Part shown: one piece after another, positions 1-8,519 of the stretch
Layout: each line of letters starts with the position of its first letter
Position numbering within the stretch: the stretch's first letter is position 1
DNA from: an archaeon
GTDB lineage: Archaea > Nanobdellota > Nanobdellia > Pacearchaeales > GW2011-AR1
Direction of reading: 5' to 3'
Length of the DNA stretch: 64,000 bases
Assembly: GCA_018651925.1 (NCBI GenBank)
Contig: JABIDC010000009.1
Location: 80,403-144,402, forward strand
Translations under genes and position numbers: made by a program
The notes under the pieces: generated by a model
Seen by the model: the letters and a program-made list of their open reading frames with translations, nothing else
Told to the model about the DNA's origin: nothing
Database searches by the model: none

Positions 1-819
1 GAAAAAGATTTATCTTCCATTCTAGAAGAATTAAGCGCGAGAAAAATTTCCGATTTAATTACACAAGAGCAGAAAGCAATAATCCTTGAAACGAAAACTT
101 CTGCAGATGATGCAAGAATTATTCTAGAAGATTATTTTGGGTATAAACTAACTAGTGAAAATAGTAGTTTCGAATTTACTGGTTCTTCCCTAAGTGAAAG
201 TTTTTATGCCCAATTAGTTTTGGCAATAATTGTAGCATTTTCTTTTATGGGATGGGTAGTATTTTTAATTTTTGGTAAAAATACAAAACTTAAAATCCTT
301 GTGGGCTTTTTAGTTTTTATTGGGGCATTGATGAGTTTTTTTGTTTTGCCCCCCAATGTAAGCATAGTTTTTAGTTTAATCGTTTTAATTATAAGCCTTT
401 TAATTTATTTCATTCATAGTATTCCTTCTCTCGCCGTAATCATTTCTGCTTTTGCAGATATAATTATGACTCTTGCAATGGTTGATATATTAGGAATGAA
501 AATGTCTAGTGCAGGAATTGTAGCATTTTTAATGCTTATAGGATATTCTGTAGATACAGATATTTTACTTACTACAAGAATTTTAAAGAGATCAGAGGGA
601 AGCTTAAATCGAAGAATGTTTGGGGCATTTAAAACAGGAATCACAATGACCTTAACATCCTTTTTGGCAGTCTTTTGCGCTTTACTCGTGGTAAAATCTT
701 TTTCAATAACTTTGACTCAAATTTTCACAATCCTTTCAATTGGATTAATTTTTGATTTATTAAATACTTGGATTACAAATGCATCTCTCCTTAAATGGTA
801 TGTGGAGAAGAAAAAATGA
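1..819 (+). CDS. secF: Protein-export membrane protein SecF, 5-prime end outside the window
   Basis: Frame 1 is open from base 1 (EKDLSSILEELSARK...) to TGA 817-819. The C-terminal half is a multi-TM SecD/SecF-type domain (GYSVDTDILLTTRILK). The stop overlaps the secD ATG (ATGA), in archaeal secF-secD order. Confidence 0.75.
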   Translation, partial: EKDLSSILEELSARKISDLITQEQKAIILETKTSADDARIILEDYFGYKLTSENSSFEFTGSSLSESFYAQLVLAIIVAFSFMGWVVFLIFGKNTKLKILVGFLVFIGALMSFFVLPPNVSIVFSLIVLIISLLIYFIHSIPSLAVIISAFADIIMTLAMVDILGMKMSSAGIVAFLMLIGYSVDTDILLTTRILKRSEGSLNRRMFGAFKTGITMTLTSFLAVFCALLVVKSFSITLTQIFTILSIGLIFDLLNTWITNASLLKWYVEKKK

Positions 820-2333
820 AATTTTCTTTTAAAATTTGGATTTTAATTATTGCATTAGTTTTTTCATTTATTTCTATTTTTGGAATCCCCCCTGCTTTTT
901 TAGAAAAGGGAGTTCTTGTTACAAGTGTTGGTTCAAATTCCACTGCCTTTGAACAAGGTTTCAGGCAAAATCAAATAATTTCTCAAATTGATGGAGAGAA
1001 AGTTTCTTCACCAGAAAAGTTTACAACAATTTTACAAAAAAAGTTTAACACTGGAGAGAAAATTCATGTGGTGTTTAAAACAAAGAAATCTGAAGTAGAC
1101 TATTATTCCCAGGAGATACCAGAAATAACCATTTCTGAGGTTTCAGATACAAACATTAAATTGGGATTAGATTTAGCAGGAGGAGCAAGAGCAATTGTTA
1201 AGGCAGAAAATAAATCCTTAAGTTCTGAAGAAGCAAGAATTTTGGTAGATATTACTAGTAATAGATTAAATGAATTTGGGCTTTCTGATATCAAAGTTTC
1301 TCCAAGCTCTGATTTGTCTGGAGAGAATTTTATGAAAGTGGAAATTGCTGGAACAACTCCCAGTGACCTTGAAGAAATGCTTGCAAAACAAGGAAAGTTT
1401 GAAGCAAAGATTGGAAATGAAACTGTTTTTGAGGGAGGCTCAAGAGACGTTTCTTCTGTTAGTAGAAATGCTCAAACTTCTGGAGTAGAAAGTTGCAATG
1501 CTGTAGAAGGAGGAAGTTATTGCAGATTTAGATTTGCAGTTTATTTAAGTGAGGATGCAGCAAAAAGACATGCAGATATAACAAATAAATTAGAGGTAGA
1601 TCCAACCAACCCAGAATATCTTTCAGAAAAATTAGATTTATATTTGGATGATAGTTTAGTTGATAGCCTATATATTGGAGTTGGTTTAAAGGGACAATCC
1701 ACAACACAGATAGTTATTTCTGGTTCTGGAGAGGGATTAACAGAACAAGAAGCATTTGATGCTGCAGAAGAATCTATGCATAAACTTCAAACAATTTTAG
1801 TTACTGGGAGTTTGCCTTATAAATTAGAAATTGTAAAGCTTGATGTGATTTCTCCAATCTTAGGAGACGAATTCATGCAATCGATTTTGCTTGCTGGTTT
1901 GGTTGCCCTTTTTGCAGTCGCAATTGTGGTTTTTTTAAGATATAAAAAAATTAAATCTTCATTGGCTTTAGTGCTTACAAGTTTATCAGAAATTGTGATA
2001 ATCTTAGGTTTTGCAGCATTAATTCAATGGAACTTAGATTTGCCAAGTATTGCAGGAATTTTAGCAACAATGGGGACTGGAATCGATCAACAAATTATTG
2101 TAATGGATGAATCAAAACAAGGAAAAAATTTAAGCATAAAAAAAAGAATGAAAAGAGCTTTTTCAATAATTTTAGGGGCATATTTTACTGCGCTGGTCGC
2201 AATGATTCCATTATTATGGGCAGGGGCAGGACTATTAAAAGGATTTGCGGTAACAACAATCATTGGAATAACCGTCGGAGTTTTAATTACAAGACCTGCA
2301 TTTACAGAAATGATCAAAAAAATTGAAGGATAA
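816..2333 (+). CDS. secD: Protein-export membrane protein SecD
   Basis: Start placed at ATG 816 (MKFSFKIWILIIALVF signal anchor), overlapping the secF stop. It has the LGLDLAGGARAIV motif, a large periplasmic-type domain and a C-terminal multi-TM SecD/F domain. Confidence 0.85.
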   Translation: MKFSFKIWILIIALVFSFISIFGIPPAFLEKGVLVTSVGSNSTAFEQGFRQNQIISQIDGEKVSSPEKFTTILQKKFNTGEKIHVVFKTKKSEVDYYSQEIPEITISEVSDTNIKLGLDLAGGARAIVKAENKSLSSEEARILVDITSNRLNEFGLSDIKVSPSSDLSGENFMKVEIAGTTPSDLEEMLAKQGKFEAKIGNETVFEGGSRDVSSVSRNAQTSGVESCNAVEGGSYCRFRFAVYLSEDAAKRHADITNKLEVDPTNPEYLSEKLDLYLDDSLVDSLYIGVGLKGQSTTQIVISGSGEGLTEQEAFDAAEESMHKLQTILVTGSLPYKLEIVKLDVISPILGDEFMQSILLAGLVALFAVAIVVFLRYKKIKSSLALVLTSLSEIVIILGFAALIQWNLDLPSIAGILATMGTGIDQQIIVMDESKQGKNLSIKKRMKRAFSIILGAYFTALVAMIPLLWAGAGLLKGFAVTTIIGITVGVLITRPAFTEMIKKIEG

Positions 2334-2660
2334 TTCTTTAGATTGATTATTAAATAATGCTTGTTAATTTTTTTATGATTCACTCTTCCAAAAAAAGAGA
2401 GATAAATTTTATTTTTTATAGAAGCTTTGAATTTTTAAGAAACTGAATCTTCTTTGAATTTTAATCAAAATTTGCTCGAAAAAAGTGAGAGTTGTTTAAT
2501 GAGGATTTTTCAGGCAAGAATTCTGTTTTTGGAAGGGTTTTAGCTTTTCTCGAATATTCGGGAATTGGTTTTTTTAACAAGGGCCAAGATGAATCTTCTG
2601 AAGAGTTTATCTCTTTACCGAAAAAGTATTTTGAGTAATTCGAAAAAACAATTCTTTAAT

Positions 2661-2668
2661 TTTATAAA
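2661..2668 (+). promoter_or_regulatory. TATA-box-like TTTATAAA upstream of the flippase gene
   Basis: TTTATAAA ends 22 nt before ATG 2690. The same motif and spacing recur before several + strand genes, which implies a leaderless or near-leaderless mRNA. Confidence 0.5.
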
Positions 2669-2689
2669 GTCTTTTTAATTTATTTTTAC

Positions 2690-4075
2690 ATGGATTTTTC
2701 TGGAGAAATAAGAGAAGAGGAGAGTTTTTTAAAAAATATTCTGGTAAAGTTTAGAAAAAAAGATTTTTCTGGAACTACTGGCCAAGCCATGAAAAACTCT
2801 AGTTATCAATTGGCTCAAAATTTAATATTTAAATTTGGATCTCTTTTATTTACCATTGTAATTGCCCGTATGCTTCTTCCAGAAAGAATGGGGCTGTACA
2901 ATCTTGCTCTTGCAACAATTATTTTATTTGTAAGTTTTAGTGATTTGGGAATTTCAAGTGCGCTAATTACATATTGTTCAAAGTTACTTGGGAGAGGGGA
3001 TTTATCCAAGGCAAAGGGTTATGTTAAGAAATTGTTCAAATGGAAATTAATTTTAATTCTTTGTGCATCTATAATTCTTTTAATTAGTGCATATTTCATT
3101 GCAGAATTTTATTATCAAAAGCCAATTTTTTATGCACTTTTAGTTGGAGCAATTTATTTGCCAGTTATCTCTTTGATTGGGTTTCTTGAACAAATCTTCA
3201 AAACAAATGAAAATTTCAAAACTCCAATGCAGAAAGAAATTCTATTTCAAATAATTAGGTTTATCTTTGTTCCCTTGGGAATTTTTTTATTTTTAGAAGC
3301 AAATTTTTCTAATCAAGGAATCGTTTCGGGAGTTCTTTTAACATTAGTTTTTTCTTATCTTGTTGCACTTATTTTCTTGGCGTTAAATGCAAAAAAGAAG
3401 ATTAAGTTTTTGCAAGAGTCTCCAAAAAAATTGGAGAAAAAGGAAGTAAAAGATTTGAAAAAATTTATTTATCCTCTAAGTGCAACCGCAATGGCGGGAA
3501 TGTTTTTTGGTTATATTGATACTTTGATGTTGGGACATTTTGTTTCTAGCCAGTACATTGCTTATTACGGAGCAGCATTTAGTCTTGTAGGAGGGGTTAT
3601 TGCAATTATTGGGTTTATGTCGCTTTCTCTGATGCCAATTTTTGCTAGAAAATCTGGAAAAGAATTAGAATCTATTTTTAGGAAAACACGAGAACTAACA
3701 ATTTTAATTTCTTTAATTGCAGGAATTTTTACCTACATTATTTCTTACTTTGTTGTTAAACTTGCGTATGGAACAGAGTACCTTTTAGCAGTACCGATTT
3801 TAAGATGGTTTAGTTTATTGGTGATTATCCTTCCAATTTTAGGGATTTATGTTAGCTATTATGTCGCCCAAAAAAAGACAAAAGAATTGGCATGGTTAAT
3901 TTTAGGAAGTGCTATTTTGAATATTGTTTTTAATTTCTTTGGAATAAATTATGGCCTCTCAGTTGGAGGGGAAATGGGTGCAGTCTTTGGAGCAGTTGGA
4001 GCTACCCTTTTGAGCAGAGGATTATATTTAATGGGATTAGTAAGTTTTAGAAAAAAGAAACTAATTAAATCATAG
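2690..4075 (+). CDS. Polysaccharide/oligosaccharide flippase, MOP (Wzx/AglR-like) superfamily
   Basis: 461 aa, almost entirely hydrophobic helices (about 12-14 TM by eye), and the first gene of the glycosylation island. The call rests on topology and context rather than a sharp motif. Confidence 0.6.
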   Translation: MDFSGEIREEESFLKNILVKFRKKDFSGTTGQAMKNSSYQLAQNLIFKFGSLLFTIVIARMLLPERMGLYNLALATIILFVSFSDLGISSALITYCSKLLGRGDLSKAKGYVKKLFKWKLILILCASIILLISAYFIAEFYYQKPIFYALLVGAIYLPVISLIGFLEQIFKTNENFKTPMQKEILFQIIRFIFVPLGIFLFLEANFSNQGIVSGVLLTLVFSYLVALIFLALNAKKKIKFLQESPKKLEKKEVKDLKKFIYPLSATAMAGMFFGYIDTLMLGHFVSSQYIAYYGAAFSLVGGVIAIIGFMSLSLMPIFARKSGKELESIFRKTRELTILISLIAGIFTYIISYFVVKLAYGTEYLLAVPILRWFSLLVIILPILGIYVSYYVAQKKTKELAWLILGSAILNIVFNFFGINYGLSVGGEMGAVFGAVGATLLSRGLYLMGLVSFRKKKLIKS

Positions 4076-4109
4076 ATATATTTAAAAAATAAAAATTATA
4101 ATTAAATAA

Positions 4110-5114
4110 ATGAAGGCCATTTTAAAAGATAAAGTTATTTTAATTACTGGTGGAACGGGGTTTTTAGGACAGGCTTTGGCGACGGAAATATTAAAATTTG
4201 GGCCGAAAGCAATTAGAATTTTTAGTAGGGATGAAGTAAAACATTATAAATTTCAGCAAAAATTCGGTGAAAATAAAATATTTAGAAATTTAGTGGGAGA
4301 TGTAAGGGATTATGATAGATTGAAAAAGGCCATGAGGGGTTGCGACATAGTTATCCATACTGCGGCCTTAAAGAGAATTGACATGATAGAATATAATGTT
4401 GAAGAATCAATAAAAACAAACATTCTTGGAACAGCAAATCTTGTTAGAGCTGCCTTAGAAAATGAAGTAAAAAAAGTTGTATTTATTTCTACCGATAAGG
4501 CATGTCTTCCAGTTAATAGCTATGGGGCATGTAAGTTTGTTAGTGAAAAGATCATAACTGAAAGCAATTTCAACAAAGGGGATTCAAAAACTGTTTTCAC
4601 TTCTGTTAGATATGGTAATGTTATTGGAAGTACTGGTTCAGTTATTCCCTTTTTTCAAAAAAAGATAGAAGATGGAGAAGATGTTCCTTTAACAGATCCA
4701 AATATGACAAGATTTCTAATTACGGCAAAAGAAGCAGTACATCTTGTTTTCAACGCCATTAAGTATTCAACAGGAGGGGAAATTTTTATTCCAAGACTAC
4801 CTTCATTTAAAATTTCAGATTTGATCGGATATCTTAAAAATAAATCAGATGCAAAAAATAAGATTAAAGTAATAGGTCTTCGTCCTGGAGAAAAATTGCA
4901 TGAAATAATGATTAGTGATGTTGAAGCTCCAAGAACAGTGGAATTTCATAATATGTTAGTAATACGTTCAGAGATTGAAAAGTATCAACAAAATCAAAAA
5001 ATATATCACTATTTAAAAAATTGTAAAAAATTTAACTCCAGAGAATTTAGTTCCGAACATCACTTATTAGATGCAGAAGGAATTGAAAAATTCTTTGGAA
5101 AACGAAAAATCTAA
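4110..5114 (+). CDS. UDP-N-acetylglucosamine 4,6-dehydratase, PseB/FlaA1/CapD family
   Basis: Rossmann ILITGGTGFLG, SRDEVKH, YGACK (Tyr-x3-Lys), RYGNVIGSTGSVIPFF, GGEIFIPRLPS and GLRPGEKLHEIM all follow the PseB-type pattern. Confidence 0.8.
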   Translation: MKAILKDKVILITGGTGFLGQALATEILKFGPKAIRIFSRDEVKHYKFQQKFGENKIFRNLVGDVRDYDRLKKAMRGCDIVIHTAALKRIDMIEYNVEESIKTNILGTANLVRAALENEVKKVVFISTDKACLPVNSYGACKFVSEKIITESNFNKGDSKTVFTSVRYGNVIGSTGSVIPFFQKKIEDGEDVPLTDPNMTRFLITAKEAVHLVFNAIKYSTGGEIFIPRLPSFKISDLIGYLKNKSDAKNKIKVIGLRPGEKLHEIMISDVEAPRTVEFHNMLVIRSEIEKYQQNQKIYHYLKNCKKFNSREFSSEHHLLDAEGIEKFFGKRKI

Positions 5115-5117
5115 CAA

Positions 5118-6038
5118 ATGAAAATTTTAATCTTGGGAGCAAGAGGATTATTGGGCTCCAATTTATCTCTTTTGTATTCAAAAAATCATGATGTTTTGGC
5201 AGCGGGAAAGAACAAGCCAAATTTTACTTTTACAAAGAATTATGTTGTTGATATAAGTAAAGAAGAAGATTTAGAAATCATTGAACGGGAAAAACCAGAT
5301 TTTGTAATAAATTGTGTTGCATTAACAAATGTGGATTTTTGTGAAGAGAATTTTGAACTTTCAAGGGAAATTAATGCACTGGCTGCAGAAAAGATTGCAA
5401 AAGCTTGTAAAAAAGAAAATTCTTATTTTGTTCATATCTCCACAGATGCTGTTTTTGATGGCAACAAGGGGAACTATAAGGAAACTGATTCTGTTAACCC
5501 CATTAATGTTTATGGAGAAACAAAATTGGAGGCAGAAAAATTAATAGAAACAGTTGGGGGCAGGTATTCTATTGTTCGAACCAATATTTATGGATGGAAT
5601 CATTTGGAGAAATTTAGCCTAGCAGAATGGATGTTAAATAAATTAAGAAAAATGGAGAAAATACATGCTTTTTCAGACATTCATTCCTCTCCAATAAATG
5701 TTATTAATTTGGGAAGGGCAATTATGGAGCTATTTGAAAAAAAATACCAGGGGGTAATCCATATTTCTGGAGCTGAAACGTCCTCCAAATTTAATTTTGC
5801 AAAAAAAATTGCAAAAATATTTAATTTAAATGATAAATTAATTATTGAGTCCTCTTCTGATACTATGAATTTTAAGGCAAAAAGAGGGAAAAATCTGGGG
5901 TTGAATGTTGATTTTGCAAAAAATCTTCTGGAGACAAAACTCTTTGGAATAGAGGAAGGACTTAAAGAATTAAAGGAAGAAGAAGAAAGTGATTTTTTAA
6001 AAAAGCTTAAAAACAGAAGATTTAAGAATTATCAATAG
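5118..6038 (+). CDS. RmlD-like NAD(P)H-dependent sugar-nucleotide 4-keto reductase
   Basis: ILGARGLLG Rossmann motif, plus HISTDAVFDG and VYGETKLEAE (Tyr-x3-Lys) as in the dTDP-4-dehydrorhamnose reductase family. The substrate is unknown. Confidence 0.7.
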   Translation: MKILILGARGLLGSNLSLLYSKNHDVLAAGKNKPNFTFTKNYVVDISKEEDLEIIEREKPDFVINCVALTNVDFCEENFELSREINALAAEKIAKACKKENSYFVHISTDAVFDGNKGNYKETDSVNPINVYGETKLEAEKLIETVGGRYSIVRTNIYGWNHLEKFSLAEWMLNKLRKMEKIHAFSDIHSSPINVINLGRAIMELFEKKYQGVIHISGAETSSKFNFAKKIAKIFNLNDKLIIESSSDTMNFKAKRGKNLGLNVDFAKNLLETKLFGIEEGLKELKEEEESDFLKKLKNRRFKNYQ

Positions 6039-6049
6039 ATAATAGAAAT

Positions 6050-7117
6050 ATGGAAATTAAACTTGGAAATAAATTAATCGGATCAAATCATAAAACTTAT
6101 TTTATTGCAGATATTGCCGCAAACCACGATGGAGATATTGAAAGAGCTAAAAAATTAATCTTGCTTGCAAAAGAAGCTGGAGCAGATGCGGCAAAATTTC
6201 AACATTTTGAGACAAAATCTTTTGCAAGTGAAAAGGGTTTTAAAGGATTGGGAGGAAAATTTTCGCATCAATCAAAATGGAAAAAAGCAGTGTTTGATGT
6301 ATATCAAGATGCAGAAGTTCCGGAAGATTGGACAGCAGTGTTAAAAAATTATTGTGATTTCCTCGGGATTGATTTTTTTTCAACCCCTTATGGACTAAAT
6401 ATAGTTGACCACCTAAATCCCTATGTTCCAGCATTTAAAATTGGATCGGGAGATATAAATTTTCCACAAATACTAAAAAAGGTCTCAATAACTGGCAAAC
6501 CTGTATTAATTTCTACTGGGGCCTCAACTATTGAAGAAGTTAGATTTGCCCTAAAAGAAATTAAAAAATATAATAAAGAGATTGTATTATTTCAATGCAA
6601 TACAAATTATACTGGAAGTGAGGATAATTTTAAGTATATTCATTTAAATGTTTTAAAAAAATATCAAAAAGAATTTCCAGAGGTTATATTAGGCTTATCT
6701 GACCATACTCAAGGAGATATCACTGTTTTGGGGGCTGTTGCTTTGGGGGCGAGAGTTATTGAGAAACATTTCACTGATGATACTAAAAGAGAGGGTCCAG
6801 ACCACCCCTTTTCCTTGGATCCCCCTTCTTGGAAAAAAATGGTTCAAAGAGTAAGAATACTTGAAAAATCCTTGGGGAATGAAAATAAAAAAATTGAAAA
6901 AAATGAAATTGAAACAGTAATTCTTCAGAGAAGATGTATTCGTGCAAAAAAAAATATTTTGGAGGGCTCTTTAGTTAAAGAAGAAGATATCGAATTTCAA
7001 AGGCCAGCCCCCGCGGGAAGTCTGAGTCCAAAACATTCACCTGAAATTGTTGGGAAAAGAGCATTAAGAGATATTTCAAAAGAAGATGTTTTGAACTGGG
7101 AAAATATCCAAAAATGA
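6050..7117 (+). CDS. Nonulosonic acid synthase, NeuB/PseI/LegI family
   Basis: TYFIADIAANHDGDIERAKKLILLAKEAGADAAKFQHF N-terminal TIM-barrel signature, GLSDHT motif and a C-terminal SAF-like domain (ILEGSLVKEEDIEFQRP). Confidence 0.85.
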   Translation: MEIKLGNKLIGSNHKTYFIADIAANHDGDIERAKKLILLAKEAGADAAKFQHFETKSFASEKGFKGLGGKFSHQSKWKKAVFDVYQDAEVPEDWTAVLKNYCDFLGIDFFSTPYGLNIVDHLNPYVPAFKIGSGDINFPQILKKVSITGKPVLISTGASTIEEVRFALKEIKKYNKEIVLFQCNTNYTGSEDNFKYIHLNVLKKYQKEFPEVILGLSDHTQGDITVLGAVALGARVIEKHFTDDTKREGPDHPFSLDPPSWKKMVQRVRILEKSLGNENKKIEKNEIETVILQRRCIRAKKNILEGSLVKEEDIEFQRPAPAGSLSPKHSPEIVGKRALRDISKEDVLNWENIQK

Positions 7118-7734
7118 ATTTGGAAGAACAGTATGAGATTGGAATTGTGTTATGCCATGAAATTGATAAATCTGGGAATTTAAGCAAGGAAACAATCGCT
7201 AGAACCGATTTTGGAATAGAATTATACAAAAGAGGAAAAATTAAAAAAATTGTCTTATCTGGGGGAAAAATAAATGGGAACAGTTTTTCTGTAGCCGAAA
7301 AAATGTTGGAATACGTATATACAAAAATTAGAGAAATTCCCTTGGTTGAAGATATTTCTCTTGATACTTCCGGACAACTCATATTTCTCAAAGAAGCAAT
7401 AATCGATCCACTGAAGATAAAGAGTTTTTGCATAATAACTCATAATTGGCACCTCCCAAAAACAGAATTTATGGCCAAATACTTATTTCCTGAAGGTTAT
7501 AAAATGAAATTTATGGGAATAGAGCCAAATAAATACCTGAAAGAAGGAAGGGAAGATATAAAAAAAATCCCCCAATTTTTAGAAACTTTCAAAAAACTAG
7601 CCGGTCATGATGGAACCTTGACAGAATACTTGTTAAAATATCATCCCTGGTATTCTGGGGCATACCCCTTCGCAAAATTCAATAAAGGATATTTTTCAAA
7701 TAATGTAAAAAGGATTAAAGAAAAATATTCCTAA
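7114..7734 (+). CDS. DUF218 (YdcF/ElyC-like) domain protein
   Basis: IGIVLCHEID...KKIVLSGGK...SVAEKM...ISLDTSGQ...CIITHNWHLPK follows the DUF218 pattern. The ATG overlaps the synthase stop (ATGA). Confidence 0.55.
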   Translation: MNLEEQYEIGIVLCHEIDKSGNLSKETIARTDFGIELYKRGKIKKIVLSGGKINGNSFSVAEKMLEYVYTKIREIPLVEDISLDTSGQLIFLKEAIIDPLKIKSFCIITHNWHLPKTEFMAKYLFPEGYKMKFMGIEPNKYLKEGREDIKKIPQFLETFKKLAGHDGTLTEYLLKYHPWYSGAYPFAKFNKGYFSNNVKRIKEKYS

Positions 7735-7820
7735 TTTGATTATTATGATGAAGTCTTAGGATAGTTATGATCCAAAAATCAAATAGTTTGGACTTGAAGA
7801 AAAAATAATAAAAATCTAAA

Positions 7821-8519
7821 ATGAAAAGAAAAGAAAATATTGTAGTTATAATTCCTGCGCGTGGAGGAAGTAAGGGAATTCCTGGAAAAAATTTAAAACT
7901 TTTGCAAAACAAGCCCCTCTTAGCGTACCCTATCGAGGCAGCATTAAAAGTAAAAGATATTGATAGAGTTATTGTATCTACAGATGATTTGGAGATTGCA
8001 GAAACTGCAAAAAAATATGGAGCAGAAATATTATTTATGAGACCAAGTGAACTCTCTGGAGACATGGTTCCAACGACCCCTGTATTGCAACACACTATTG
8101 ATTGGTTAAGAGAACACGAAAAATTTGAAACAGACATAGTAGTTTTATTATATGCCACCTCTCCACTATTAGCTTCGGACAAAATTCAAGAAGGGATTAA
8201 AACAATTAAAAATAACTTGGAAGTTGATTCGGTTGTTTCTGGATGTATAGATGATAAATACCATTGGAAAATTAAAAAGGGAAATCTTAAAAGATTTTAC
8301 CCCTTGGAACTTGCCCCTAGACAGCAAATGGATCCTCTTTTTATTGAAAATGGCGCACTATACATTGTTCGTTCAAAAACTATGAAAGAGACTGGAAGAT
8401 ATATTGGTGGAAGAATAAAACATATTTTTATGGATGCAAAAGATTCATGGGATATAGATGAAGAATCTGACTTTGAAATTGTTGAGGCCCTTATGAAAAA
8501 GAAAAAGAATAAACTCTAA
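7821..8519 (+). CDS. CMP-nonulosonic acid synthetase (acylneuraminate cytidylyltransferase, NeuA/PseF/LegF family)
   Basis: VVIIPARGGSKGIPGKNLKLLQNKPLLAYPIEAA N-terminal cytidylyltransferase signature; 232 aa. Confidence 0.85.
   Translation: MKRKENIVVIIPARGGSKGIPGKNLKLLQNKPLLAYPIEAALKVKDIDRVIVSTDDLEIAETAKKYGAEILFMRPSELSGDMVPTTPVLQHTIDWLREHEKFETDIVVLLYATSPLLASDKIQEGIKTIKNNLEVDSVVSGCIDDKYHWKIKKGNLKRFYPLELAPRQQMDPLFIENGALYIVRSKTMKETGRYIGGRIKHIFMDAKDSWDIDEESDFEIVEALMKKKKNKL

Noticed and set aside
2334-2689. A 355-bp gap between secD and the flippase, examined for an ncRNA or a decayed gene
   Set aside because: It holds only very short ORFs (about 14-17 codons). I could find no convincing stem-loops or conserved RNA motifs by eye. 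Apart from the TATA-like element at 2661-2668 it is most simply spacer DNA. Covariance models could still be run.
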